The notes: generated from the letters alone by a model not told the origin. Shown: positions 48,501 through 57,634, counted from the stretch's first letter. The stretch: DNA of 64,000 nucleotides from Promethearchaeota archaeon (GCA_019894975.1 JAGXNO010000001.1:25278-89277), one strand, 5' to 3'. Made by a program: numbers and translations.

Positions 48501-50401
48501 CATTGTGTAAGGGTGCGATGCATTCCCCCGGATTTTTTCCTCAGGGATATTTATGTAAACCATACAATGGAGGATATTATGTTGTCCAAGCCCTTGCAAA
48601 ACGTTATGATTTTGATCCAGCTAGTACCCCTTGGAATGAAATGACTAAGGAGGCTCAAGACGCATTCCTATTCGGAAACGATGAACCATTGGAAATACAT
48701 TATGAGAATCGTAAAGGTGATAAACGTACCTATCAAAGTAAATTTAATGGATTTTATCATGGATGGGTAGATGAATGGGATATTGGTGGTACATACACAG
48801 ATATAAAACCATGTGAAAGTTGTAAAGGTGCTAAACTTCGACCAGAATATTTAGCTGTTACATTAAATGGTTATAATATGCATCAGTTAAGTGAACTTCC
48901 CCTAGTGGTTTTGCTAAAAGTTTTAAAAAGTATCTCCATAAAGCATGAAATTCCTGATATTGTTCATAGGAGTTATAAAACGGTCCTAGAGCGTTTGAAT
49001 TTCTTAATCAAGACAGGTCTAGGATATGTTCATTTGAATAGAATAGCAGCATCTCTTTCAGCTGGCGAAGCTCAGCGGATTAGATTAGCAGGAGTTTTAG
49101 GTAGTGGTCTTACATCTCTTACAATTGTTTTGGATGAACCCTCGAGAGGTTTACACCCTTCGGAACTTGAAGCTTTATTGGAAGCACTTGTGGAATTACG
49201 TGATATGGGGAACACCATCTTAATGGTAGAGCATGATATGCTTTTGATTAATTCAGCAGATTTTATTGTTGATATGGGACCAAAAGCTGGAATTGAGGGT
49301 GGTGAAATAGTTGCAACTGGTCCCCCGATTGAAATAAAAAAAAAGAACACTATCACCGCAAATTGGTTGGATGGGAGAAAAAAGTTCAAGTACAATGAAC
49401 AAAAAAGAACCCCAAAAAAATGGTTAAAGATATATGGTGTGAAAGAAAATAATCTTAAAGGTGAAACAATAGAGATACCTCATGGCCTTCTGGTAGGCTT
49501 ATGTGGAGTATCTGGTTCAGGCAAATCTACGCTATTGATAGATACTATTGGAAGGGCTTTAGCCCCAAAAAAACATACCACGTCAATGGCACACGAACCC
49601 ATAGAGCCAGGAAAACATGATAAAATCGAAGGTGAATTATCTCAAACAATCATCATTGACCAAACCAGAGCAAGCATAACAAGCCCAATGAACTATCTTG
49701 GTTTAAAAAAAAACTTTTTCAAAATCTTTGCTGAAAGTGAGGATGCAATATCATTAGGTTTAAGCGAAAAAGACCTTAAAAAGAGATGTACTGCATGCAA
49801 AGGATATGGGTTAAACAAGACAGATATGGGATTCTTACCAGATATTTACGACTTATGTGAAGTATGTAATGGAACTGGATATTCTATGGATGCTTGGAAA
49901 GTGAAAGTAAATGGTATATCACTTCCCGAATTAAATGAATTGACTATTGATGAGATTCATAGATTGTTTAAAGAAGAAGATTCTATTGAAAAAAAATTAA
50001 AGTTCGTTAAAGATGTTGGACTAGGATATTTAGTAATGAATCAACCTGCTTATACTCTTTCGGGTGGAGAAGTCCAGAGACTTAAAATTGCGAAAGAATT
50101 AAGTAAGAAGAGTACAAACAAAACTATGTACATTTTGGACGAACCTACAGTAGGACAGCATATGGAAGATGTTTCTCGTCTTATTAATGTTTTACAAAGG
50201 TTAGTTAAAAAAGGACATACAGTAGTCGTTATTGAACACCATCCACACCTTCTTGCTGCATGTGATTGGTTAATAGAACTCGGTCCTGGTGCAGGTGATG
50301 AGGGTGGAAGGTTAATCGCAGCTGGGACGCCTGTAATGATAGCTGAGGGGATAACACCTACAGCACCCTACATAAAAGAGGTTTTGGAGGAGATTGCATG
50401 A
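45512..50401 (+). CDS. Tandem (double-length) UvrA-like ABC ATPase with four nucleotide-binding domains
   Basis: 1629 aa. There are four Walker A motifs (GISGSGKSS, GVSGSGKST, GVSGSGKSS, GVSGSGKST). There are four signature motifs (LSRGESQR, LSGGEAQR, LSAGEAQR, LSGGEVQR). There are four Walker B motifs (LDEPTIGQH, LDEPSTGLH, LDEPSRGLH, LDEPTVGQH). Several CxxC Zn modules are present. The second UvrA unit starts near 47950. Confidence 0.8.
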   Translation: MEIEIKGARENNLKNIDVKFKDGLTVVTGISGSGKSSLVFDTLYHESNRRLIELFGYSRKWSSQRSSYKLAPAKVGSITGLGPAVAVGQNLLNRNPNSTLATASGLHPLFRLLYARFGVRTCHKCGTNITVLTQDEIINYLFSLAREKSVVIYSQLVNNSIGSHKTLLNFLSEQFSTENIYIDDKKWEGLALNPSKPHKILIKLAQIDKSTADENVQEIVQRSQILGSNILQIEVGKKIEKITRVKSCVECGTWLKDIEPKHFYMSCPFCKRKGCKECNFTGLHPLASSVYFSGQIITQLLKYSVKDALKLFKDTRLSIPTNRLITEITKRLVALKDVGLDYLTLNRSSPTLSRGESQRVRIALTLINQLEDVLHVLDEPTIGQHVTDITKFLPIFHKLPGPVIFVEHDRIAASAANNAIDIGPGAGTSGGSIIFNGSPSELWESNTPTGEFFSLRKKVIVPKLRPKPNLFLKIEAADKHNLKEITVEIPLNRLTVITGVSGSGKSTLIEDVLHASLHKKKPIGCGKINGPSLKSVMVDQSPIGKNPRSNPATYTKISEIIRKLFSKETGLSASHYSFNRPEGACPTCKGMGALEIRMRYIPSSWISCPDCKQARFKEKVLKNKVVFGDKSYSISEFYNLSVSEIADLIENENRLSSNDLQKLKEMLKTLKEIGLGYLSLGQPSPSLSGGEAQRIKLSKYLGKTSLINQIIILDEPSTGLHPQDLKGLLVILDRLVRARATVIIVEHNLDVIKAADWVIDLGPGAGDEGGNIIYSGPIEGLLKCKDSKTAKALKLDELITPSSKRGKKKLLDKITIKNAHIHNLKGIDVEFPKNAINVVTGVSGSGKSSLVSDVIEAEAKRRFFETLSMYERQGIRGGPEVLVDEISGLGVTSHVISTRALHSRFFMIRNTIGKATEISLHIANLLAYVGEINCPKCGVLMIHKTKMVCDKCNTIIKLPNPIHFDPASYQAACRNCHGIGTVNVPQPDKLIINPEKPLCKGAMHSPGFFPQGYLCKPYNGGYYVVQALAKRYDFDPASTPWNEMTKEAQDAFLFGNDEPLEIHYENRKGDKRTYQSKFNGFYHGWVDEWDIGGTYTDIKPCESCKGAKLRPEYLAVTLNGYNMHQLSELPLVVLLKVLKSISIKHEIPDIVHRSYKTVLERLNFLIKTGLGYVHLNRIAASLSAGEAQRIRLAGVLGSGLTSLTIVLDEPSRGLHPSELEALLEALVELRDMGNTILMVEHDMLLINSADFIVDMGPKAGIEGGEIVATGPPIEIKKKNTITANWLDGRKKFKYNEQKRTPKKWLKIYGVKENNLKGETIEIPHGLLVGLCGVSGSGKSTLLIDTIGRALAPKKHTTSMAHEPIEPGKHDKIEGELSQTIIIDQTRASITSPMNYLGLKKNFFKIFAESEDAISLGLSEKDLKKRCTACKGYGLNKTDMGFLPDIYDLCEVCNGTGYSMDAWKVKVNGISLPELNELTIDEIHRLFKEEDSIEKKLKFVKDVGLGYLVMNQPAYTLSGGEVQRLKIAKELSKKSTNKTMYILDEPTVGQHMEDVSRLINVLQRLVKKGHTVVVIEHHPHLLAACDWLIELGPGAGDEGGRLIAAGTPVMIAEGITPTAPYIKEVLEEIA

Positions 50402-51438
50402 CTTGGGTTCCATTATTATTAACTGATCCTTCACCTAACTTAAGATTACTTGTATTAAGTGAGTTATTACACCGTCCAGATGATGATGAGGAAGTGCAAG
50501 AATTACTTCAATTGCGTGAAAAGGACCCAATTGTTGAATCGCTCATCAAGACTCAGCTACCTGATGGTTCTTGGAGTAGTGTAGATCTTACAGGGAAAGC
50601 TTCTAGTAAAGGAAATCTACAGTCAACTTCACAGGCATTAGTGAGATTAGGATATCTTGGATATGATAAAGATCATGAAATTGTCCGAAAAGCTGCGAAC
50701 TATATTTTTTCGAAACAAAAAACCGATAATTCATGGCCAATTCCCACTACTAGAAAAGGACCATTTGAAGAAATTCGTGGATATGACATGATCCCTTTGC
50801 AAGTCGCAACACCTCTAGAAGGTTTAGCCGCTTGTGGATATTCTACTGATAAACGAGCTGAAAAGGCTTATGAGTGGTTGATGGAACAACGACTTGATGA
50901 TGGAACATGGTCTACTGGAACTGCTTCAGGTGTTTATGGAGGTGTTGGGGGTTATCGGAAAATTCCACACAGTCGCTGGGGGTGCAGATCTTCAACCATT
51001 GCTACATTAAACTGTTTAGCTTATCATCCAACAAGAAGTAAGAGTAGTATAGCAAAAAGAGCACTTGATTTAATCTTAGGATGTGAAACTAAGCAAAAAA
51101 ATTTGTTGGGGTTCGTAATTTCTCGTCTAATTGGATTGGAAGAATCAAGGGGATGGAGAACTTATTATCCTAAAATGGATGCTGCTCACATTTTAAGTCT
51201 CTGTTGGAAGATTGGTGCTTCATCAGAAGATGAGAGGATTTCAGAATTAATTGATTTTGTGAAAGATGAACAAGGTAAATATGGAATGTGGGAATGCTCA
51301 TTACACCCCCAAGCATCTAGATGGTTAACCTTTGACTTATTGCTGTCACTTTCTAATTTGAGTGAAGAAACAGATTGGTTTTCTACAGAACCTCGTACTC
51401 CTTTTCAAGAATACCCCAAAAAAATGAAGAGATTCTAA
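50398..51438 (+). CDS. Prenyltransferase / squalene-cyclase-repeat (alpha/alpha toroid) protein
   Basis: 346 aa with spaced repeats DGSWS, DNSWP, DGTWS and YGMWE, typical of terpenoid-cyclase/prenyltransferase toroids. Its ATG overlaps the UvrA-like stop (ATGA). Confidence 0.5.
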   Translation: MTWVPLLLTDPSPNLRLLVLSELLHRPDDDEEVQELLQLREKDPIVESLIKTQLPDGSWSSVDLTGKASSKGNLQSTSQALVRLGYLGYDKDHEIVRKAANYIFSKQKTDNSWPIPTTRKGPFEEIRGYDMIPLQVATPLEGLAACGYSTDKRAEKAYEWLMEQRLDDGTWSTGTASGVYGGVGGYRKIPHSRWGCRSSTIATLNCLAYHPTRSKSSIAKRALDLILGCETKQKNLLGFVISRLIGLEESRGWRTYYPKMDAAHILSLCWKIGASSEDERISELIDFVKDEQGKYGMWECSLHPQASRWLTFDLLLSLSNLSEETDWFSTEPRTPFQEYPKKMKRF

Positions 51439-51514
51439 AAGCCTTACGTGCTTTTTAATACTTGAATCAACATGGGTTCGTCCCAATGGCAATTGATGGT
51501 CTAGCACTTCAAAA

Positions 51515-52645
51515 TTATTTAAATTTGTATCGACAGGCATCATAGACTTTTGAGACTATTGCCTCTCTACGCATTAAATTTTGTTCTTGAGATAACATCG
51601 TATTGCTGTTGAGATTAAAAATCAGATCTACCTGAGGATCACAGAAATTTACACAAGAACTTCTACCTCCATGACCAAAAGTATCTCTTGAGCAACCTAT
51701 AGAACTACTTTTCCCTTTTGTAAAACCTAAGCCCCAATCTGGGGCAATTTGAAATGAAAGGATACTAAATGTTAAATCAGCAATGCCCATTCTATGTGTT
51801 GCAGTGAAATATTTAACAGTTTCTTCCTTAAGAATCCGTTTTCCATCCCATTCACCCCCATTCCAAAGGGTTCTGTAGAACTTTCCCATATCATTCGCAG
51901 TACTATAACCATTGGTACCAGGATAAATCCTTCCTTCGAAATTATTAATCCACAAATGCATTTTTTCAGCTTCATCCGGAGTATCTTTTAAGGCTAGACG
52001 ATCACCAAGATTCTTAGCTCTTTCTTTTGTCATACCTAAATATGAGGAATCCATCCCTAAAGGAACGAATATTTCTTCGTTCAAATAATCATCAATTCGA
52101 CGTCCATCAATCCTGCGAATAATTTCACCTAGGATTATCCAACTAGCTCGGGGATGATAACCACATTGTGTTCCTGGTTTATACTCGGCAGTTTCATTGC
52201 AAATATCTACAATAATTTCTTCCCAATTGGCAGTAAGCCATTTTGGGTATAGCAACATTGGAAACCCACCAGCATGTATTAAAACATGTCTAATTGTGCA
52301 AGTTTCTTTCCCATTTTTGAATTCAGGAATAATACTCTGGACTGTTTGATTTATGCTAAGTTTCCCACTTTCCCATAGTTGTGCGATTGCCACAGTAGTC
52401 CAAGGTTTTCCACTAGACCACAATGCCAAGATTGAATCATTTCGCATCTGAATGCCGGGTTTAGCTTCTCCAACAGCAACATCAAGCACTATCTGTCCTT
52501 TTCTTGATACGTGAAGTTGAACACCTGTATGTAACCCCTCAGATACTTGATTTTCAAGCGTTTTAATTACTTTATCTAAACTTGTTTTGTCCATCCCAAC
52601 TTCTTCTGGTTTACCTATTATACCACCAATCATTATAACGCTCAA
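51515..52645 (-). CDS. Serine hydrolase (class C beta-lactamase / esterase family)
   Basis: 376 aa with the S-x-x-K motif (SSGK) and general beta-lactamase-family similarity. Confidence 0.65.
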   Translation of the reverse strand: MSVIMIGGIIGKPEEVGMDKTSLDKVIKTLENQVSEGLHTGVQLHVSRKGQIVLDVAVGEAKPGIQMRNDSILALWSSGKPWTTVAIAQLWESGKLSINQTVQSIIPEFKNGKETCTIRHVLIHAGGFPMLLYPKWLTANWEEIIVDICNETAEYKPGTQCGYHPRASWIILGEIIRRIDGRRIDDYLNEEIFVPLGMDSSYLGMTKERAKNLGDRLALKDTPDEAEKMHLWINNFEGRIYPGTNGYSTANDMGKFYRTLWNGGEWDGKRILKEETVKYFTATHRMGIADLTFSILSFQIAPDWGLGFTKGKSSSIGCSRDTFGHGGRSSCVNFCDPQVDLIFNLNSNTMLSQEQNLMRREAIVSKVYDACRYKFK

Positions 52646-52743
52646 ACTTTTTTTAATTCTTAATACAGTAAAAAATCCTTTAAAAATAAAGTCTTCAAAT
52701 CTTCTTTTTCAGTTAAGAGAAGTAATACTCTCTCTCATTCTAT

Positions 52744-53100
52744 TTAATTGTTATAGCTTTCACTAGGTTGGTAATCTGATTGAATTATATCTACACTTTC
52801 TAATTCTTGTAAATGATAATAAAGGCTAGGTTTTTTTAAATTTTTAAAATCCCCCTTACCACACATTCCTTTACATTGATTTTCATCGGAATCTAAATTT
52901 TCGTTCATATCTTTAAGAAAATTAAATATTTCATCAGAAGATTTAGGACCCTCTTTTAAATAATCAAGGATGACCCATCGAATATGACAATGTAATTCTT
53001 TTACATATTTTTCTATCTCATTAAGGGTAAGATTACTTTTCGATATAGCACTTTTACTTGCTTTTGGATTTGGATTTCTCTTTTTAGCTTTTGCATTACA
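52744..53100 (-). pseudogene. ArsR-like wHTH ORF with no in-frame start (possible frameshift or sequencing indel)
   Basis: The open frame reads KAKKRNPNPKASKSAISKSNLTLNEIEKYVKELHCHIRWVILDYLKEGPKSSDEIFNFLKDMNEN...LYYHLQELESVDIIQ... An ATG at 53096 is out of frame. One extra A in the A4 run would join it. Confidence 0.4.
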
Positions 53101-53169
53101 TCAGAAGACTTTAGAAAAGAGATTCAAAGGATAATCAGAAAAGACCAATTTATTAAATTTTTTTTTAAC

Positions 53170-53760
53170 TTATTTTTCTTCTTTAATTTTATTATAAAAC
53201 TCTAATATTATTTCTTGCCTATCATTTGCGATTTGTTTTGTTAGATCTAGGTGCATTAAATCTTTTAATTTCATGATTTTGCTCTCAAAGTGCTTCACTA
53301 CATTATCGAGATCACCACCTCTCTGAAGTGTAAATCCAATAGTTCTATATAGGCCAATTGCTCCGAGAGCGTCTAATTTATCAGCATCTGACAAAATTTT
53401 TGCTTCTAATGTTTTTGGTACAACATTATTTGAAAAAGAATGTGCTCTGATCATATGGATTATATTCTCCAAATCTGTTTGAGGAATTATGTATTCATAA
53501 GATTTTAAGAGGTTTAGTGCTATTTCTGCAGAATATTCGGCATGATTTTTATCATCTTTTGTGTCTTCTACGCGAATCCTGCCCACATCATGTAGATATG
53601 CTGCGATCTTTAGTAAAAATAGATTTGCTCCTAGTTTTTTTCCTATTTGGAGACAGAGATTATATACACGCTCAACATGTGGAAAACCATGGATATCATT
53701 ATCTTCAGAGTTTTCAAGGGCGTAATTCTTAACGTATGAAAGTATTTCTTCTTCTGACAT
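53170..53760 (-). CDS. HD-domain phosphohydrolase
   Basis: 196 aa with ..HGFPHVERV.. and ..YLHDVGR.. (the H...HD motif). Confidence 0.75.
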   Translation of the reverse strand: MSEEEILSYVKNYALENSEDNDIHGFPHVERVYNLCLQIGKKLGANLFLLKIAAYLHDVGRIRVEDTKDDKNHAEYSAEIALNLLKSYEYIIPQTDLENIIHMIRAHSFSNNVVPKTLEAKILSDADKLDALGAIGLYRTIGFTLQRGGDLDNVVKHFESKIMKLKDLMHLDLTKQIANDRQEIILEFYNKIKEEK

Positions 53761-53802
53761 GCTAGTAACTTCTTTTTTAAAAATGAATATTCCCCAAAGT
53801 TA

Positions 53803-54771
53803 TTAAAATCTAGGAAATCCCCATCTCTTTAATGGCCCAAACCCTTCTTCTTTGGAAATTACTATATTAGATTTTTTATCAAAAACAACTGAAATATAAT
53901 AGGCGTTTTTTCTTGATAATGCTTCGCATAAAATGAGAATAGTATTGATTTTATCTCGATTTTCTTGAAAGAACGGGATAATATAATCCCATTTATGAAA
54001 GAACCTAAAATCTTTACTCAATTCTTTTGCTCTATCAAAAAGTTTCATGTTACTTGAATTCTTTACAATAGTATTTGTCAAGAGTTTTTTTTTTCTTAGT
54101 GTAAATAGAGAACTTTTACTTATTGTGAAATTTACTTTATCAATGGTAGATTCGTTTTCATAAATAAAATAAAAGAAAGGAATAAAATTAGGAAGATAAT
54201 GGGAGTTCTTAGGTAATATTAATTGTACTATAATTCTTAAAAGGATCCTCACCCCAAAGTAGATTAGATAAGAATATAAATAGAAGTAAGCAAGTGCCAT
54301 AAAGAATTCATAATACGGTTTCGTAAAAAAACTTACAATAAGAGTTGCTATGTTGATCCCTGAAAATAAAATTAGTAAAGGGTTGATTGTTCTGTCAATG
54401 ATAAACCTAAATTCTTTTTTAGTAATTGGATAAAATATGGGTACTTTTGAGGCCGTTAGGAAATCTAATGTTACGTGAATACTATAGCCTATAAAAGCCG
54501 CTAACCATACTTCGAGGAATGAAAAATTTCCTATTATTGAAACAAGAAAACTAATAATTCCGGTAAATAAAAGACCAATAATATAGGAATGAGAAGCGGC
54601 CTTATGGGATAAGAAATAACTTTTTTTTAATCTCCGCAATGGTTCTAAAAACACATCAAAATCAGGAAGAAAGGTCATTATCCAAAGAAGTATTATTGCT
54701 GCCGGACTAAAGATTTTCAGTGTGAATAATCCAACTAATATACCCATAAATTGATGTGTAAAAATATCCAT
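53803..54771 (-). CDS. Membrane-bound metal-dependent hydrolase (YdjM/DUF457-like) with a C-terminal soluble extension
   Basis: 322 aa. The N-terminus MDIFTHQFMG and the spacing of later His residues within TM helices resemble DUF457. Confidence 0.5.
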   Translation of the reverse strand: MDIFTHQFMGILVGLFTLKIFSPAAIILLWIMTFLPDFDVFLEPLRRLKKSYFLSHKAASHSYIIGLLFTGIISFLVSIIGNFSFLEVWLAAFIGYSIHVTLDFLTASKVPIFYPITKKEFRFIIDRTINPLLILFSGINIATLIVSFFTKPYYEFFMALAYFYLYSYLIYFGVRILLRIIVQLILPKNSHYLPNFIPFFYFIYENESTIDKVNFTISKSSLFTLRKKKLLTNTIVKNSSNMKLFDRAKELSKDFRFFHKWDYIIPFFQENRDKINTILILCEALSRKNAYYISVVFDKKSNIVISKEEGFGPLKRWGFPRF

Positions 54772-54995
54772 ATATAGTTTTAAAATAAAACGATATTTTT
54801 ATACAATTTGATTCTTTTTAATAGGAAGCAATCCTATTGTCAATCTCTCACTAACGTTTTTTGAAAGATGTCATCCAACTTTTATCTTTTTAGTTTAAAA
54901 TAATGAGCAAATGTCTCATTTTCTTTTCCATAGGTTTCCATGATAAATTTTTTGAAAGCACCATAATCTAATCGCTCTTTCATAATATCAGCTCA

Positions 54996-55367
54996 TCAAT
55001 CAGCGTGTACAACGATAGTTATATTACTATTGGGATAGAGATTAGTATTTATATCATCTTGCAAGTTCATAAATTCTCTATTTGGTCCATATGCATTAAC
55101 TGCACAGTCCTCATAAATTTTATTCTCCTCTCCATCCCAAATTAATTGCAAATAACTGTTTATCAACCCTTTATAGATAGGAAAAATTTTATTTTCTGGA
55201 TTAGAATAAACTTGCTTATCTATAACACTTAATGCGTCTATAATAGTTCCTTTGTCTTTTATAGTTATCGTGTATTCTAATCCTTTTGACAACCTTTTTT
55301 CAGGGTCAGGTGCAAAAATTGAAACCCGTACAGTCTTTTGTTTTTGTTTTTCTACCATGATAATCAC
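54996..55367 (-). CDS. Hypothetical protein (last gene of the acr3 operon)
   Basis: 123 aa, co-directional and closely spaced behind the ArsD-like gene. No motif recognised. Confidence 0.35.
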   Translation of the reverse strand: MIIMVEKQKQKTVRVSIFAPDPEKRLSKGLEYTITIKDKGTIIDALSVIDKQVYSNPENKIFPIYKGLINSYLQLIWDGEENKIYEDCAVNAYGPNREFMNLQDDINTNLYPNSNITIVVHAD

Positions 55368-55401
55368 CCCAAATGAGCTAAAATAATAGATTTACTAAAT
55401 T

Positions 55402-55683
55402 CTATATAAGACCTTTAGCTCTAAGGATTTTTGGTAATTCTTTCTTAAGGATAAACGATGAAGAAAACTTTTTCTCACCATCAACGACAACGCACTTACT
55501 ACTAATGTTTAGATTTTTCGCTTCTTCTGAATTAAGATTCTTAGTGTCAAAATCGATATGTTTAATATAAGGAGTAAGTTCAACAAATACTCGATTCATA
55601 AACTTATCCCATTCACAAGCGCATGCATCTAGAGGAACATAGATATCTATCTTTAATTTCCCATTTGACTTTTCATTACTCAT
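55402..55683 (-). CDS. ArsD-like thioredoxin-fold protein (candidate arsenic metallochaperone)
   Basis: 93 aa. The layout IDIYVPLDACACEW...DFDTKNLN...VVVDGEKKF...ELPKILRAKG parallels ArsD (VFDPAMCC...ERFNL...LLLDGE...AELARWFG). Confidence 0.45.
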   Translation of the reverse strand: MSNEKSNGKLKIDIYVPLDACACEWDKFMNRVFVELTPYIKHIDFDTKNLNSEEAKNLNISSKCVVVDGEKKFSSSFILKKELPKILRAKGLI

Positions 55684-55707
55684 CTCTAACGATTCCTCTA
55701 TACTTGT

Positions 55708-55926
55708 TTAATTTGTTTTATTAATAGGTTGATTCTGCTCGCAGTGAAGTTTAACGCCACAATGTATCCCTTTCTTCAAGCGTTTAGGATTTTCAGGATC
55801 ACAGGGCTCCTCATGTGAACATTGTGATTCAGCATTAGCACTACAAGAATGACCTGAATAATCAGGTGATTCTCTCATTTCTTTCATAATTATTTCTATT
55901 GTTTTATCTATTTCTTCATCAGACAT
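55708..55926 (-). CDS. Small Cys/His-rich protein
   Basis: 72 aa containing ..GHSCSANAESQCSHEEPCDPE...IHCGVKLHCEQ... It lies inside the arsenic operon. Confidence 0.4.
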   Translation of the reverse strand: MSDEEIDKTIEIIMKEMRESPDYSGHSCSANAESQCSHEEPCDPENPKRLKKGIHCGVKLHCEQNQPINKTN

Positions 55927-55997
55927 TTCTACTTATATCCTCTTTTCTATATATATTAATTAGTTTTCTAAGAAATATATTTTTTGGATATTTTTAT

Positions 55998-57017
55998 TTA
56001 TTGTGATTTCCAAAAACCTCGTTTACTAAGCAATCGTCCTAAATATACAACTGAAAGCATGACTGGAACTTCCCAAAATAATCCCATGGTTGTACCTAAC
56101 GCTGCAATAGTATTATTCATAGCAATAGCAGTAGCTATAGCAATCTCAAAATGGCTAGAGGAACCGATTATTACTGTAATGATTGCCTCCCTGTATTTCA
56201 TCTTAAATATTTTTGTCATTAGTATATTATAGCCCACAACTATGACAAATCCTACTAGAAGTGGAATTGTAACTATTAATAAGTAATCCGGATGATCTAA
56301 GAGGGCCGTACCATTCATAGAAAAAAGGATTATTAATGTTGCTAGAAGCGCGATAATGGAAATCTTCCCAAGAAATGGGCGATAAGTGTCGGTGAACCAT
56401 TCTTCTCCTTTAGAAGAAATCAGAACTTTCTTACTAGTTAACCCCACTATTAATGGAAGACCAATGAAGAAAAATAGCGAAATCAATAACAACACCCAAT
56501 CAAGGGAAATATTTTGTATTCCTGTCAAAAATGTAACAATAGGAATATATAAAAAGATGATGGTAATCGTATTTAAGCTGGTATTAACTACATTTTGCTC
56601 TTGGTTTCCTTTCGCCATCCAACCCCACACTAAAACCATTGCTGTGCAAGGAGAACTAGAAAGTAATATAATTGCAAGGATTAAGTCATCATTCCCTTGT
56701 AAAAATATTCGTGCCATAAGCAATCCGATGAAGGGGGCCACAATCCAATTTGAAATAAGGGTTAGGATTATTGGTTTAGGATTTTTACCCAATTTTTTCA
56801 ATTCAGATGCCTTAAGGTTTAACATTGCAGGATACATCATTAGAAACAAACAAATTCCAATTGGTACTGAAATTCCCCCAATCTTTAGAGCGTTAAGAGC
56901 GTCACTAATACCAGGTATGATTTGGGAAATGAGAACACCAATAAGTATACATAATAAGACCCAAAGCGGTAAAAACTTTTCAAAAAAGCTGATTGTTCTT
57001 CCTTCTTCTTCACTCAT
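55998..57017 (-). CDS. acr3: Arsenite efflux permease, ACR3 family
   Basis: 339 aa with 10 TM helices, the start ..FEKFLPLWVL.. and the conserved SSSPCTAMV motif. Confidence 0.85.
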   Translation of the reverse strand: MSEEEGRTISFFEKFLPLWVLLCILIGVLISQIIPGISDALNALKIGGISVPIGICLFLMMYPAMLNLKASELKKLGKNPKPIILTLISNWIVAPFIGLLMARIFLQGNDDLILAIILLSSSPCTAMVLVWGWMAKGNQEQNVVNTSLNTITIIFLYIPIVTFLTGIQNISLDWVLLLISLFFFIGLPLIVGLTSKKVLISSKGEEWFTDTYRPFLGKISIIALLATLIILFSMNGTALLDHPDYLLIVTIPLLVGFVIVVGYNILMTKIFKMKYREAIITVIIGSSSHFEIAIATAIAMNNTIAALGTTMGLFWEVPVMLSVVYLGRLLSKRGFWKSQ

Positions 57018-57075
57018 ATTATTTAAATCCTTCTCTTATACCAATATATGAAATTTAATTGATTCTTAAATAAGA

Positions 57076-57099
57076 AAATTTTTATCCAAATAAAAATTT
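57076..57099. promoter_or_regulatory. Perfect 10-bp inverted repeat in the divergent acr3/arsR intergenic region (candidate operator)
   Basis: AAATTTTTAT-CCAA-ATAAAAATTT at 57076-57099. It is made only of A/T apart from the spacer, so a chance match is possible. Confidence 0.3.
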
Positions 57100-57177
57100 A
57101 TTGATTTGAATAAGTTTTTATAAATCTGCTTATCTTTAATAATTATTAGACATTGAGAATCTGAAGTGGTGTTATAA

Positions 57178-57564
57178 ATGGATCCTGATCATAAAAAAGA
57201 AATTTTGGATAAATTGATTAAATGTGAAGATATAAATAATCCAGATCTTCATTTCAAACAATTGCGTGAATTAGGTAATCACTTAATTCAAAATCCTAGT
57301 TTTGATGACTTAATTAAATTTGTAAACGCTGTTGCAAATAGAAAACGCCTAATAATTATTAATACATTAAAAGAGAAGGATCGATGTGTCTGTGAATTAG
57401 AAGCTGTTTTAGACGAGTCCCAACCGGCCATATCACATCATTTAAAAATACTTGAAAATGCTGGATTGATTAGAGGATGGAAAAAAGGTAAGTTTACACA
57501 TTATGACATTGTTAAAGAACAAATTATCTCATATATGGATATTTTAAATCAAAAATTAATATAA
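57178..57564 (+). CDS. arsR: ArsR-family metalloregulator
   Basis: 128 aa with the CVCEL metal site followed by ..SQPAISHHLKILENAGLI.. (wHTH). Confidence 0.85.
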   Translation: MDPDHKKEILDKLIKCEDINNPDLHFKQLRELGNHLIQNPSFDDLIKFVNAVANRKRLIIINTLKEKDRCVCELEAVLDESQPAISHHLKILENAGLIRGWKKGKFTHYDIVKEQIISYMDILNQKLI

Positions 57565-57634
57565 ATAAGCCTTCCACTAAAATTAATAGTCTATAACTAT
57601 TAAGTTTAAAAGCTAATCTAAGTATTTTAATCGT

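Noticed and set aside
45512-50401. The double UvrA might be two adjacent uvrA genes or an assembly chimera.
   Set aside because: The frame is continuous with no stop. The two units are clearly diverged from each other, with different Zn-module spacing and motif variants, so this is not a collapsed or duplicated assembly. Read-level confirmation near 47950 is still advisable.
54890-54990. A 33-codon minus-strand ORF (MKERLDYGAFKKFIMETYGKENETFAHYFKLKR) lies just after the acr3 operon.
   Set aside because: It is too short and featureless to call without expression or conservation data.
56386-57051. A 221-aa plus-strand ORF lies inside the acr3 locus.
   Set aside because: It is antisense to the clear 10-TM ACR3 gene and has no recognisable motif. 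It is a shadow ORF. The same applies to the many 60-100-aa antisense ORFs in the track, for example 1340-1525, 3506-3784, 7531-7815, 29617-29949, 49072-49395 and 61246-61644.
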